DNA of 64,000 nt. Origin: Hormoscilla sp. GTDB taxonomy: Bacteria > Cyanobacteriota > Cyanobacteriia > Cyanobacteriales > Desertifilaceae. Position numbers and translations under genes: made by a program. Shown in pieces: positions 1 to 9,782 of this stretch. Location: contig JBFRWI010000100.1 of NCBI GenBank assembly GCA_051439505.1, positions 32,001 through 96,000 on the forward strand. Direction: 5' to 3'. Under the pieces are notes generated by a model. The model had not been told where the DNA came from. It saw nothing but the letters and a program-made list of their open reading frames with translations, and did no database searches. How positions within the stretch are numbered: position 1 is the first letter of the stretch; each line of letters opens with the position of its first letter.

Positions 1-138
1 TGCCGTGCCCCGGATGTGGGTTGTATTCAATTTTTACTGCCACAGAAGCGCGATCGCCTGCTGTGTAGTAGGCCGCTCGCTCCTGCTAATGTTATCAAAA
101 CTATTCTTTTTCAAAACCTATCTTTATCGAAAAGAAAG

Positions 139-321
139 CTAGGAATTTTTATCATTTTCTTTAACAGCAGATTTCTCAATCATATAGACCGACATCCCAA
201 CCAGAGTGCCAATTATTATTGGCGTTACTGGGTTTCCATTCGTCAAGACAAATCCAGCTATCGCACCAATACTGACAGATGCTATAAATCCTCGTGACAA
301 ACCTTTAGGGTTATTTTTCAT
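139..321 (-). CDS. Small hypothetical membrane protein (2 predicted TM segments)
   Basis: 60-aa ORF with two hydrophobic stretches around GNP; family not recognised. Confidence 0.45.
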   Translation of the reverse strand: MKNNPKGLSRGFIASVSIGAIAGFVLTNGNPVTPIIIGTLVGMSVYMIEKSAVKENDKNS

Positions 322-345
322 ATTGCAAATTCAATTCAACAATAG

Positions 346-445
346 GGAGCATCTCACTTTTGTAATCTAGCCCGCGCAGGCGGGCTTTGTTCGAGTAGCC
401 GGGCCCTTTAGGGTTCGGGCGGCGACGAAAATATGAGATGCAGCC
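346..445. repeat. Composite MITE/REP-like repeat: GCATCTCA...TGAGATGC ends around a TAGCCCGCGCAGGCGGGCT module
   Basis: Terminal inverted repeats visible; same internal module at ~8445, 9561, 9681, 41507, 51833, 58881 and inverted at ~20440-20520. Confidence 0.75.
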
Positions 446-819
446 CAACAATATCTTGTCAAAACCTGATATCTACCTTTCCAATAATCGATCGAGTTTA
501 ATGGGTTAAGCTCTGGGCTCTGGGGTGTTGATTATGTATATTTTTTGACTCCACCATCTACCCACTTCGGGAGCAAGTTGAAAGCGATAGCCATATAATC
601 GATACGCAGAGGGCGATCTATGCTTTGACATACCATCACAAAAATAGCATGATTTATTCTGTAATACCACCCCACAAAGTCAACACCCCAGTGAATATCC
701 CATGGTTGCCTGTGCTAACTGATGACCTGTCCTACTGGATGCATCTCACTTTTGCTGCGGCTATATTCACCAGTAGCCCAGAAAGCAGGTTTTTCAAAAA
801 AACCTGCTTTCTTAATTCT

Positions 820-1068
820 CTATTGATACGTTCCCTGTGATACGTTATAAATTGTGCGAGCGTGAGTGCTAACTGCGCCTGCCGGATCGCACATAACAGT
901 ATTAACAATTGTTGCAGCAGCATAACCAGCCAAACTACTAGCCACAGTCCTTGCTGTCTCTTTAACTGCTGGGCTCGCATCCCAGCTTTCACAAGCCTTA
1001 TACGTCAAGCCAGCAGCAGCGCCACTAGCGAGAGCTTCAGCTAACCTTGCAGGAACCTCAGAGTGCAT
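820..1068 (-). CDS. Hypothetical Ala-rich small protein
   Basis: 82-aa ATG ORF with AAGGAG RBS upstream on the minus strand. Confidence 0.55.
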   Translation of the reverse strand: MHSEVPARLAEALASGAAAGLTYKACESWDASPAVKETARTVASSLAGYAAATIVNTVMCDPAGAVSTHARTIYNVSQGTYQ

Positions 1069-1228
1069 AATGAAAATAACTCCTTAATCGCGGTACAACT
1101 TTTGTCTGTCAAGTCCTGCTATTGATTGCAATAAGCTTGACTTTTATTCATCCTAGCCATTAAATTTTCCTTTGAGCCGCCTAAAAAGTTGGATCTTTGT
1201 TGGGACTTTTTCCGTTAATTACCAGCTC

Positions 1229-1288
1229 AAATGTTGGGAAATGTTGCTAAATGCTGGGAAATGCTGGAAAATATTGGGAAATGTTGGG
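1229..1288. repeat. 10-bp tandem repeat (AAATGYTGGG-like) x6
   Basis: Directly visible; followed by a duplicated ATACTCCGCCGGTGGT at ~1322 and ~1344. Confidence 0.8.
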
Positions 1289-1455
1289 TATAATACAACT
1301 TATATCTTGCATCTTTCCCAATACTCCGCCGGTGGTTGCCAACATACTCCGCCGGTGGTAACCACTGGATCATAGCTATCGATGACAATATGTTAGGCTT
1401 ATTGACAATACTGCAAGATCTCAGATAAAAGCAACCTTGACATCTACCCGACTTT

Positions 1456-2862
1456 ATGGACCTTGACGAAGTGTTAAAACTTGCAGACGATCTAGTCTTT
1501 GCCAGAACCGGGAACCACCTCAATGACTTGCAAGAGATAATTCTGCGCGGGACGTGGTCAAAGGAAAGCTACGATAAAATTGCTAAGAAGGTCAACCTAT
1601 CTGAACCTCGCGTCAGAGAGGTAGGAATGGAATTATGGCAGATCCTTTCACAGAAATTGGGGGAAAAAGTTAAGAAATCAAACTTTAGAACGGTAATAAA
1701 GAGGCTACAAAAATCAAAGGTTTTAACCTTTGAACAAGAGGTTGTAGTAAGCGGTAGCTTCAATATTTGTGGAGAAACTAGACATCCGCCAGATATCCCC
1801 AACTCGCACCCAGACGATCGGGAAACCTCTAACGTCAAACAACCTCAAACTCAATATCGAGATTTAAGCGAAATGCCCGACTTGGGTGCTTTCTACGATC
1901 GCGCCTCGGAACTAGCGACCCTAAGAAGCTGGATTTTAGAACAAAGGTGCCGCCTGATAGCACTCACCGGAATGAGTGGCATCGGCAAAACCGCCTTAGC
2001 AGTGCAGCTGGTGCAACAAATCAAAGATGAGTTTGAGTACGTAGTCTGGTACAATCTCGAAACATTCCCCACCCCAGATAAATTTCAAGCACGTCTGATA
2101 AAGCTTTTCACCCAGTCAGAAAATCCCGATACATCTGCCACTAACCAGAAAAGCTTACCGCCGATCGAGTACTTGCAAAAGCATCGCTGCTTAGTCGTAT
2201 TGGATGACATTCACAACCTGTTCTGTAGCGGCGAATTGGCAGGCAAATATCAACCAGAATCCTCGGAATATCGCGCCCTATTCAAACAGATAGAAAAATT
2301 ATCCCATCAAAGTTGCTTTCTGCTCGTCGGTTGGGAGCAACCCAGAGAATTTCCGCCAGTTAAAAGTAAAAATCAGACCATTCGGACCTTACAACTGCGG
2401 GGTTTGTCCGCCGCCGATGCCGAGAAAATCCTCAAAGATAATGGCATAGAAGAAATCAAAAAATGCTCCGCACTCATGCACCATTACCAAGGCAACCCCT
2501 TATGGTCAAAAAGCGTGGCAACTCTCATGGTTGAGTTGGGAGGAGGCGTGACAGAGTTATTACCAGATGAGACGATATTGATAAGCGCAGATTTGCAAGA
2601 TATTTTCCAGCAGCAGTTCGATCGCCTATCGGCACTAGAAAAGCAAGTTATCTCATTAATAGCCCGATCGGGGGAGGCAGTCAAGCTCGCCAAATTGCTG
2701 GAAAATAGCATAATTCCACCTTCAGAGTTACTAAACGCCCTGCAATCTTTATCTCGGCGCTGCTTAATAGAACAGGAAGCTTCTTTGTACAAGCTGATAC
2801 CAGTAGTGAGGCAGTATGTGATATCTTCGATGCAGGATATCTCGCTCCCAGATTCATCCTAA
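1456..2862 (+). CDS. STAND/NB-ARC-type ATPase with N-terminal HTH-like domain and no C-terminal WD40 repeats
   Basis: Walker A GMSGIGKT, Walker B LVVLDD, GNPL motif; typical cyanobacterial N-terminus (LNDLQEIILRGTW). Confidence 0.85.
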   Translation: MDLDEVLKLADDLVFARTGNHLNDLQEIILRGTWSKESYDKIAKKVNLSEPRVREVGMELWQILSQKLGEKVKKSNFRTVIKRLQKSKVLTFEQEVVVSGSFNICGETRHPPDIPNSHPDDRETSNVKQPQTQYRDLSEMPDLGAFYDRASELATLRSWILEQRCRLIALTGMSGIGKTALAVQLVQQIKDEFEYVVWYNLETFPTPDKFQARLIKLFTQSENPDTSATNQKSLPPIEYLQKHRCLVVLDDIHNLFCSGELAGKYQPESSEYRALFKQIEKLSHQSCFLLVGWEQPREFPPVKSKNQTIRTLQLRGLSAADAEKILKDNGIEEIKKCSALMHHYQGNPLWSKSVATLMVELGGGVTELLPDETILISADLQDIFQQQFDRLSALEKQVISLIARSGEAVKLAKLLENSIIPPSELLNALQSLSRRCLIEQEASLYKLIPVVRQYVISSMQDISLPDSS

Positions 2863-2896
2863 AACCGGGTCACAAGTAGTTGATAGCCAACAGACA

Positions 2897-2962
2897 AGAA
2901 ACCGGGTTTCTTCGATCAATTTGGGGGCAAAAAGCAGCCATTTCCATAGAAACCCGGTTTCT
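2897..2962. repeat. Palindromic repeat GAAACCGGGTTTC-(loop)-GAAACCCGGTTTC
   Basis: Further copies at ~31311-31342, 53516-53583, 54396-54463 and 61907-61933. Confidence 0.8.
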
Positions 2963-3058
2963 GAACCCCCACGCGAGGTCTCCCCGTACCAACGGTTTTT
3001 GACCACACCCCCTAAAATCGGATGCCTATTCTCAAGAAGCAGAGTAAATATAGAGATA

Positions 3059-3264
3059 TATTGAATATTTATCCGGGCGCGATCGGGTTGGGGGTTGGGT
3101 TTCGTACCTCAACCCAACCTACGAATTATTGAATATTTACCCGGGCGCGATCGGGTTGGGGGTTGGGTTTCGTACCTCAACCCAACCTACGAATTATTGA
3201 ATATTTACCCGGGCGCGATCGGGTTGGGGGTTGGGTTTCGTGCCTCAACCCAACCTACGAATTA
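3059..3264. repeat. 68-bp tandem repeat x3 containing a GGTTGGGTT...AACCCAACCTAC REP-like hairpin
   Basis: Units start at 3059, 3127 and 3195 and are near-identical; related hairpins at ~31382, 36782 and 42670. Confidence 0.9.
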
Positions 3265-3267
3265 AAG

Positions 3268-3459
3268 TCAAGTTTGCGGTAGATTTTCCGGTGCGGGAAT
3301 TGCCTCGGGAGGTATCCAGATAACTCGACCATCCCGCCATACAGCTATAGGATTACCTGCTTGTTTGTGTTGCCAGAGTGCTTTTTCGACTGCCTGTTTC
3401 AACGCTAAATCTATCAAGGCTCCATCGGCAAAAATTTGAGCAATGTCCTTTTCCTTCAT
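3268..3459 (-). CDS. Small partner protein (putative antitoxin) of the zeta-like ATPase
   Basis: 63 aa with HKQAGNPIAVWRDGRVIWIPPE motif typical of genes downstream of this ATPase family. Confidence 0.7.
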   Translation of the reverse strand: MKEKDIAQIFADGALIDLALKQAVEKALWQHKQAGNPIAVWRDGRVIWIPPEAIPAPENLPQT

Positions 3460-3476
3460 TTCATGAATCCTCCTAA

Positions 3477-4085
3477 TTATATCGCGATACTTTCCCAGAT
3501 TTCATTATCGGATATATTCTCTTCAAAATTACCTCTACCAGATGCAATTAATCGAGGACTTCGGGAATCTAAATTTTCATATAAACGCCAGGTATCTGCT
3601 AAGGGGCGGTACAGTTGAAAAAAGTTCTTAAGTCCGGCATGATAGCGACGCCGAATAGTTGTTTCTGGTACGTCATGTCCGCCTTGCCTTACTCTTCCTT
3701 GCACCCGCGCGATCGCGAGTTCTGGGTTTTGCAACCACAAGAACACCAGCTGAAACAGATAACCGCTTGACCGTAAGTTGGCGATCCAAGGGGCAAAACT
3801 GCGGGTCGCTAAAGTTGTTTCAAAGGCAAAATTTACCCTTTCTTCTGCCAATTGTTGCAAGCGTTCTAGCATAATGCGTCCGGCGCGAAACGCGACTCTC
3901 TCTGGCGCAAATGCTGATAACCCTCGGGCGATCACGTCGGCATTAACGAATTCAGTAATTCCCAGGGTTTCTGGGAGCAAAGCAGGGGCCGCTGTCGATT
4001 TCCCAGCGCCATTTGGTCCGGCAATAAAATTATATGTGGCATAATTTATTCTATCCTCGTTCCCAGTCTCTGGCTGGGAATGCAC
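3477..4085 (-). CDS. Zeta-toxin-like/AAA_33 P-loop protein; native start appears frameshifted
   Basis: IAGPNGAGKST, FVNADVIA, FAFETTL, RVRQGGHDVP motifs; likely native ATG at 4042 is one base out of frame. Confidence 0.8.
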   Translation of the reverse strand: MHSQPETGNEDRINYATYNFIAGPNGAGKSTAAPALLPETLGITEFVNADVIARGLSAFAPERVAFRAGRIMLERLQQLAEERVNFAFETTLATRSFAPWIANLRSSGYLFQLVFLWLQNPELAIARVQGRVRQGGHDVPETTIRRRYHAGLKNFFQLYRPLADTWRLYENLDSRSPRLIASGRGNFEENISDNEIWESIAI

Positions 4086-4174
4086 CTTGGGAGGCTCTGC
4101 CTCCAGTGAAAGACAGCGGGCCCACTTGGAGGCAGAGCCTCGGGAGTACGTTCCCAGGCGGAGCCCGGGAACGA
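4056..4174. repeat. MITE-like element CTCGTTCCCAG...GGAGGCAGAGCCTC...GGGAACGAG
   Basis: Terminal inverted repeats; partial copies at ~27055-27105, 36852-36900 and 51718-51767. Confidence 0.75.
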
Positions 4175-4188
4175 GTTAAAATGCTTCC

Positions 4189-4241
4189 AGTGGGTTTTAA
4201 CCCACTTAAGCTGTTAGCCGGGGGTTTGAACCCCCGGCGGG
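4189..4241. repeat. Double-hairpin repeat AGTGGGTTTTAACCCACT...CCGGGGGTTTGAACCCCCGG
   Basis: Near-identical copy at ~42808-42861 and a variant at ~7176-7230. Confidence 0.8.
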
Positions 4242-4250
4242 CTGACTTTA

Positions 4251-6410
4251 TTATTGATCGTGTAACCGCATGGATAAGCTGATGCGCTTTAATTTCTCAT
4301 TCACTTCTAAGACCCGCACCTTGACCACCTGTCCCACCTTGACTATCTGCTTGGGGTCTTTAACAAAGCGGTCAGCTAATTTGGAAATATGCACTAAACC
4401 ATCCTGATGGACGCCGATATCTACAAATGCGCCAAAGTTGGCGACGTTAGTCACTATTCCTTCTAATTCCATTCCTGGTTTCAGGTCGGTGATTTCCTTA
4501 ATTCCCTCCTTAAATGTAGCATATTTGAACTCGGCACGGGGATCTCTTCCCGGTTTTTCCAGTTCCTTGATGATATCTTGCAGGGTTGGCAAACCTACTC
4601 GGTCCGAGACGTACTGCTTGAGGTCGATCGCCTTGACTCGATCGCCTGCTTGAGTTATCCCTGTTAAGGGAATCTCCAGACTAGATGCGATCGCCTGTAC
4701 GACCCCATAGCTTTCCGGATGCACCGCCGTATTATCCAAGGGGTTATCCCCACCGCGAATGCGCAAAAAACCTGCCGCCTGTTCAAATGCTTTCGGTCCC
4801 AGTTTTGATACCTTCAGCAGTTGCTGGCGATTTTTGAAGGCCCCATTATTATTGCGATAGGTAACAATATTCTTGGCCACGGTGGGGGTCACCCCAGAGA
4901 CAAAGGTCAGCAGTTCTTTGGAGGCGGTATTTAAATCTACCCCGACATAATTTACGCAGCTTTCTACCGTTTCTTCTAGCTTCTGCTTCAGCAACTTGCG
5001 ATCGACATCATGCTGGTATTGTCCCACACCAATGGACTTGGGATCGATCTTCACTAACTCCGCTAAGGGATCTTGCAAGCGCCGTCCGATACTGATGGCC
5101 CCCCTTACCGTTACGTCCAGGTCCGGAAATTCGGCGATCGCCACTTCGCTAGCTGAATAAACGGACGCACCCGATTCGTTTACCATTACTTTAATCGGTT
5201 TGCTTGCCAATGTGGCCAAAACTTCCGAGATGAACTCGTCTGTCTCCCGGGAAGCAGTGCCATTCCCGATCGCGATTAATTCTATTTTATACTTGGCGAT
5301 GAGATGGGCGATCGCCTGACGGGCCTGAGTACGCTGCTTTCCACTCTGGTGGGGGAATACCGCTTGATATTCCAAAAATTTCCCCGTCTCGTCCAGGACC
5401 GCTACCTTACAACCGGTTCGGAAACCAGGATCGATCGCCAATGTGGGTTTCATCCCCGCTGGCGGCGAAAGCAGTAATTCTCGCAAATTCGCAGCAAAGG
5501 TTTTAATTGATTCTACCTCAGCATAGGCTTTTTTCTCCGATCGCACTTGGTTTGTCAGAGAAGGTTTCAGCAGTCGCTGGAAAGCATCCTTCAGCATCCC
5601 CTGGTAAAGCGATCGCACTGCCGGTACTTTGGTATGAATTTCCGCCGACTCCAGGTAAGAGATCGCGAAGTCATCATTGCATGAGAGTTCAAACTTCAAG
5701 ACTTTCTCCGTCTCACCCCGCAGTAATGCTAGCAGATTATGGGGCGCAATATCCTTTACGTTAATCTGGAAATTGCGGTACATTTCAAACTTAGTGCTAC
5801 CTGGGGGATGATCGTCTTTAATGCGGGAGGAAAATACCCCTTCATCCAGCAGGTACTCTCGCAGGTAGGCCCGTAACTCCGCTTTTTCCGAGACCTCTTC
5901 TGCTAGAATATCAGCTGCACCTGCTAGTGCATCCTCTGCCGAGAGGATCTCCTTTTCCGCAGAAATATATTTTGCTGCTTCTGACTCCAAGGACAGGGGT
6001 TTGGCCTGAGGATGGTTCAGAGATTTGATGAATTCTGCTAGGGGTTGGAGACCTTTTTCCCTGGCAATGGTGGCCCGGGTCCGTCGCTTGGGTTTATAAG
6101 GTAGGTAGAGGTCTTCCAATTCCGTTTTCTGCAAGCAGGATTCTATTTTCGCTTTTAATGTTTCAGTCAGTTTCCCTTGAGATGCGATCGCCTCCAATAT
6201 GGTCGCCTTGCGTTCTTCCAGTTCCTGCAGATAGGTAAAGCGATCGGCAAGATCGCGCAACTGTATTTCGTCCAGAGAACCAGTCCGTTCTTTGCGGTAA
6301 CGGGCTATAAAAGGAATTGTTGCTCCCTCACTCAACAATGTCAGGGCATTATTTACCTGAGAGAGACTGATGTCAAGTTCTTGCGCTATGGTTTGAGGAA
6401 TGTTCAGCAT
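4251..6410 (-). CDS. tex: Tex family RNA-binding transcription accessory protein
   Basis: TIPFIARYRKERTG, IDPGFRTGCK, IGVGQYQHDV, C-terminal S1 domain. Confidence 0.95.
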   Translation of the reverse strand: MLNIPQTIAQELDISLSQVNNALTLLSEGATIPFIARYRKERTGSLDEIQLRDLADRFTYLQELEERKATILEAIASQGKLTETLKAKIESCLQKTELEDLYLPYKPKRRTRATIAREKGLQPLAEFIKSLNHPQAKPLSLESEAAKYISAEKEILSAEDALAGAADILAEEVSEKAELRAYLREYLLDEGVFSSRIKDDHPPGSTKFEMYRNFQINVKDIAPHNLLALLRGETEKVLKFELSCNDDFAISYLESAEIHTKVPAVRSLYQGMLKDAFQRLLKPSLTNQVRSEKKAYAEVESIKTFAANLRELLLSPPAGMKPTLAIDPGFRTGCKVAVLDETGKFLEYQAVFPHQSGKQRTQARQAIAHLIAKYKIELIAIGNGTASRETDEFISEVLATLASKPIKVMVNESGASVYSASEVAIAEFPDLDVTVRGAISIGRRLQDPLAELVKIDPKSIGVGQYQHDVDRKLLKQKLEETVESCVNYVGVDLNTASKELLTFVSGVTPTVAKNIVTYRNNNGAFKNRQQLLKVSKLGPKAFEQAAGFLRIRGGDNPLDNTAVHPESYGVVQAIASSLEIPLTGITQAGDRVKAIDLKQYVSDRVGLPTLQDIIKELEKPGRDPRAEFKYATFKEGIKEITDLKPGMELEGIVTNVANFGAFVDIGVHQDGLVHISKLADRFVKDPKQIVKVGQVVKVRVLEVNEKLKRISLSMRLHDQ

Positions 6411-6580
6411 CTGATGCTATTGATAATATGATCGCCTACCTTCCATTATACTACATAATCGCGGGGTGGGCGAAGCAAATGGAATCGGACATTTGTAAAT
6501 TCCTGACTTATCTTGTCGCCCAAATGCTTCGCCCCTACAGATATATATGCAAATATGAATTGTCGCTAATTTATGATTGA

Positions 6581-6979
6581 TTACTCTCCTGAAAGAACGT
6601 AGAGATCGACATCGATTTCGGCATTGAGTTTATTCACCCGATCGATAATCATTTTATCAAAATGAATTGCCAGTACTTGTCCATTCACATAGATGACGCA
6701 ATCAATTTCAGCGTCATGCTGAGTACAGAGTTCTGCCAAAGGCCCCCACCCCGGTTGAAGTTTTTCTAGCACATATTTAACGTGGTCTTCTAGTTCGGCA
6801 GACTTTTCCAACTGAGACTTCAGACTCCAACCATTTTGCTGGTGACGTATAGTCCCCTTTGGATGAATTAATTCACCCATTCTCCAAGTTTCGCTGGGAA
6901 TTATCCCCACTTTCTCAGTAATTTCTTCCGGATCGAATTCTCCAGTCAAGGTGAAAGATGCCAAAATTTACGATTCCAT
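6581..6979 (-). pseudogene. DUF4279-like protein (putative immunity) with a nonsense codon at position 4
   Basis: ATG GAA TCG TAA ATT TTG GCA TCT is in frame with the 127-aa ORF; FDPEEITEKVGIIPSETW...AEIDVDLY pattern. Confidence 0.65.
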
Positions 6980-7193
6980 CTTATACCGTTTTGGGAAAAT
7001 AGTGCTACAATTCACATTAGATTTATTATTTTCCAGAATAAGAGTTTATTTGTGTGGGTTAAGTGTAGCAAATTTTTAATAGGTCTTGTGCGGTTGGTTA
7101 CAATTAGGCTAAATCACCTACAAAAAACCGATTATTAATAAAAAACTGCTACACTTAATAATCGTTATCTTATCCAGTCGGTTTTAACCGACT

Positions 7194-8420
7194 TTAGCTA
7201 TTAGCAGGGGGTTTGAACCCCCTGCGGGCTGACAACGAAGCCAGAAAATTACTTGACAGCAATTGCTGGTACAGTTCCAGAGTTTGGAGACCGATCGCCC
7301 CCCAACTATAATGTCGGGCAGCATACTCCCGGGCATTGTCTCCCCGCTGCTGTCGGACCCCCCGATCGGCAAGTGCTATACCTAACTTATCATATAAATC
7401 CTCTACTTCACAAGCACAAACCCACCCCGCCTCAGCATCGCGGACCTCCTCCCAGATATACACTCCATCGGAAATTACCACAGGCGTACCCGCTGCCATC
7501 GCTTCCGCCACCGCAATGCCAAAGTTTTCATAGTAAGATGGCAAGACAAATAGATCGGCATCTTGTAGCAACCCGGCTTTTAATTCCCCCGATACAAAGC
7601 CCGTGATCGTGCTATACTGACCCAGAGGTGAAGACCGTACCCTTGCTTGCATTTTCCCTTCGTACTCCGGGTCTTGAGGATTACCACCTGCTAGCACAAA
7701 GTGGAACTCCACACCTTCAGCTAAAAGTTTCTCCAATGCTGGAATCAGTAAATCCAACCCCTTCTTCGGGTCAATGCGGGACATATATAGCAGCAAAGGC
7801 ACCTCAGCAGGTATATTCAATTGACGCCGTGCCATACCGGGTGCCGGAAATTCTGGCAGTTGCACTCCCAAAGGAATTACTACATCTGGAGTGGCAGTCC
7901 CGAAGCGATCGGAAACCTTAGCTTCCTGAGTGCTAGTAAAGTGAATGGCCGCAGCACCCGCTAAATTAGGACCTTCCAACAATGCAGTATAGATCCGCTT
8001 CAACTGCTTTTTCTTGCGTAGATCGGCCGGGTCCAAAGTACCCAGGGGACGCATCAGATAAGGCAGTTGGCGACGGCGGGCCACAGCAGCAGAAAAGGAA
8101 GATACCGGAGAGAACAAAGCATGAATGTGGGCGATATCAAATTCTGTAGCATGTTGAGATAGCCAGCGCAACAGGTCAATAGAAAACTTGTAGCGACGAA
8201 ATGGAGAACAGCGGAAATAGCGCATCTGATAGCCATCTTGTTCTACAGGTCTGTCCTTAGGCACGTCCAGTGGTGCTTGACCCGTATCTCCATTAGAATC
8301 AGTAGTTAGCACAGTTACCTCGGCACCGGCATCCGCAAGTGCTGCTGACAGTCCCAGCACCATCTGACTAGGACCGCCGTACACTAGGGATATTGAAGGG
8401 ACAATTTGCAGAATTCGCAT
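7194..8420 (-). CDS. hpsP: GT4 glycosyltransferase, hormogonium polysaccharide biosynthesis HpsP
   Basis: MRILQIVPSISLVYGGPSQMV start, PSYYENFGIAVAEAM; C-terminus runs into a repeat. Confidence 0.85.
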   Translation of the reverse strand: MRILQIVPSISLVYGGPSQMVLGLSAALADAGAEVTVLTTDSNGDTGQAPLDVPKDRPVEQDGYQMRYFRCSPFRRYKFSIDLLRWLSQHATEFDIAHIHALFSPVSSFSAAVARRRQLPYLMRPLGTLDPADLRKKKQLKRIYTALLEGPNLAGAAAIHFTSTQEAKVSDRFGTATPDVVIPLGVQLPEFPAPGMARRQLNIPAEVPLLLYMSRIDPKKGLDLLIPALEKLLAEGVEFHFVLAGGNPQDPEYEGKMQARVRSSPLGQYSTITGFVSGELKAGLLQDADLFVLPSYYENFGIAVAEAMAAGTPVVISDGVYIWEEVRDAEAGWVCACEVEDLYDKLGIALADRGVRQQRGDNAREYAARHYSWGAIGLQTLELYQQLLSSNFLASLSARRGFKPPANS

Positions 8421-8484
8421 GGTTTTCATTACCAATCATTTTAATAGCCCGCGCGGGCGGACTTAGTTTTTGTAGTGGCAGGTT

Positions 8485-9312
8485 TTAACCTGCCACTACA
8501 CTGCCCGATCGCCTGCCTATTGTAGCCATAATCTCTTCAGCATGAGTCCGTAGGATGGGGAAGCGACGGGCACATCGCTCTAAAATATTATTTATGTGAG
8601 GCGCGTCCTCAGCAAGGCTCGATCGCATCTCACGTTCCGTCAAGTCAGTTAAAATATTCAGGATATTAATTGCCAGAGATTCATCAGCATTATCCAGCAA
8701 ACTCAATAGCTTGTTCATAGCCCCGATCGCGCCCTGACAATACATAGCTGCGAGTAATTCAGCTTTAACAGAGAGGGAATGTTCAGCTCGAACATATTCA
8801 GCAAATTTTGGTAAGAGCTGTTCTGTGGCCAAAAGGCCAATAGAGTTAGCAGCAAATGCTCTAACCGAGTCATCTTCATCAACATCAAGCAGTGCCAGTT
8901 CCAGGGAATAAATTGCTTCAGAAACTCCTAATGATCCAAGTGCTTCTGCCGCCGATGCCCGCACCAGGGGAGAAGCGTCATTTCTGAGCAAATACTCGAT
9001 AGAAGCCACTGCTCGAATATCACTCAGTTCGGCCAGGGCCTCCACAACTTCCGACCTCACAATTTCTTCTGGGTCATCCAGAGAGTCCATGAGTGCAGCA
9101 CCAACAGATTCCAAATCTTGCCTTCCCAGATAACCCAATGCGTATGCTGCTGAGGAACGAATATCAGCAGCGGGGGACTTCAACAATCTCAGTATTTTCG
9201 GTGCAGATGCATAATCTTTATCATCAACCATATCCATCAGGGATGCCACTTGCAGCGTCGGCTCATCTGAATCATGCTTATCTAGCAATGCGTTAATATT
9301 TGCCCGTTCCAT
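8485..9312 (-). CDS. HEAT-repeat protein, putative immunity protein
   Basis: Repeated VR-x-AAEALG helices; ATG at 9312 lies just after the toxin-like gene. Confidence 0.8.
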   Translation of the reverse strand: MERANINALLDKHDSDEPTLQVASLMDMVDDKDYASAPKILRLLKSPAADIRSSAAYALGYLGRQDLESVGAALMDSLDDPEEIVRSEVVEALAELSDIRAVASIEYLLRNDASPLVRASAAEALGSLGVSEAIYSLELALLDVDEDDSVRAFAANSIGLLATEQLLPKFAEYVRAEHSLSVKAELLAAMYCQGAIGAMNKLLSLLDNADESLAINILNILTDLTEREMRSSLAEDAPHINNILERCARRFPILRTHAEEIMATIGRRSGSVVAG

Positions 9313-9340
9313 GATTTTTATCCACTCCACTTCAATTCTA

Positions 9341-9541
9341 TTACTGTTTGCGACGGCGTCGGCATCCTTTAGCTTTCTGAGTTGCCTTAATTTTCTGTAT
9401 TTTAGCAGTGTCGCGAGCAACTCTAGCCTCCGCCATCATAATTTCGAGCGCTTCGCAAATTGTTGTAGCTGAACCCTCTGAGATTAATTCGCGAACCTCA
9501 TTTAAGATTCCCGTGTCTGCGACATTTCCTTCTGATGTCAT
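9341..9541 (-). CDS. Stand-alone polymorphic-toxin Ntox34-like domain
   Basis: GNVAD (GNxxD), CEAL and KIKATQKAKGCR motifs in a 66-aa helical protein. Confidence 0.6.
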   Translation of the reverse strand: MTSEGNVADTGILNEVRELISEGSATTICEALEIMMAEARVARDTAKIQKIKATQKAKGCRRRRKQ

Positions 9542-9782
9542 GAGTTACGCTAATTTCTTTATAGCCCGCGCAGGCGGGCTTGGTTTGTGTAGCGGCAGGT
9601 TAAAACCTGCCGACTGGTGATGGGTGATTCCCAACCTATTGGTGATTGGTGGGCGATGCCCACCCTACCAATCATTTTAATAGCCCGCGCAGGCGGGCTT
9701 GGTTTGTGTAGCGGCAGGTTTTAACCTGCCGATTCAACCTGCCGATTCAACCTGCCGATTCAACCTACAGATTAAAAGATTG

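Noticed and set aside
3059..3264. Possible CRISPR array
   Set aside because: The three 68-bp units are near-identical throughout, with no unique spacers and no cas genes.
9313..9420. Longer TTG start for the HEAT-repeat gene
   Set aside because: It overlaps the toxin-like gene in another frame; the ATG at 9312 is more plausible.
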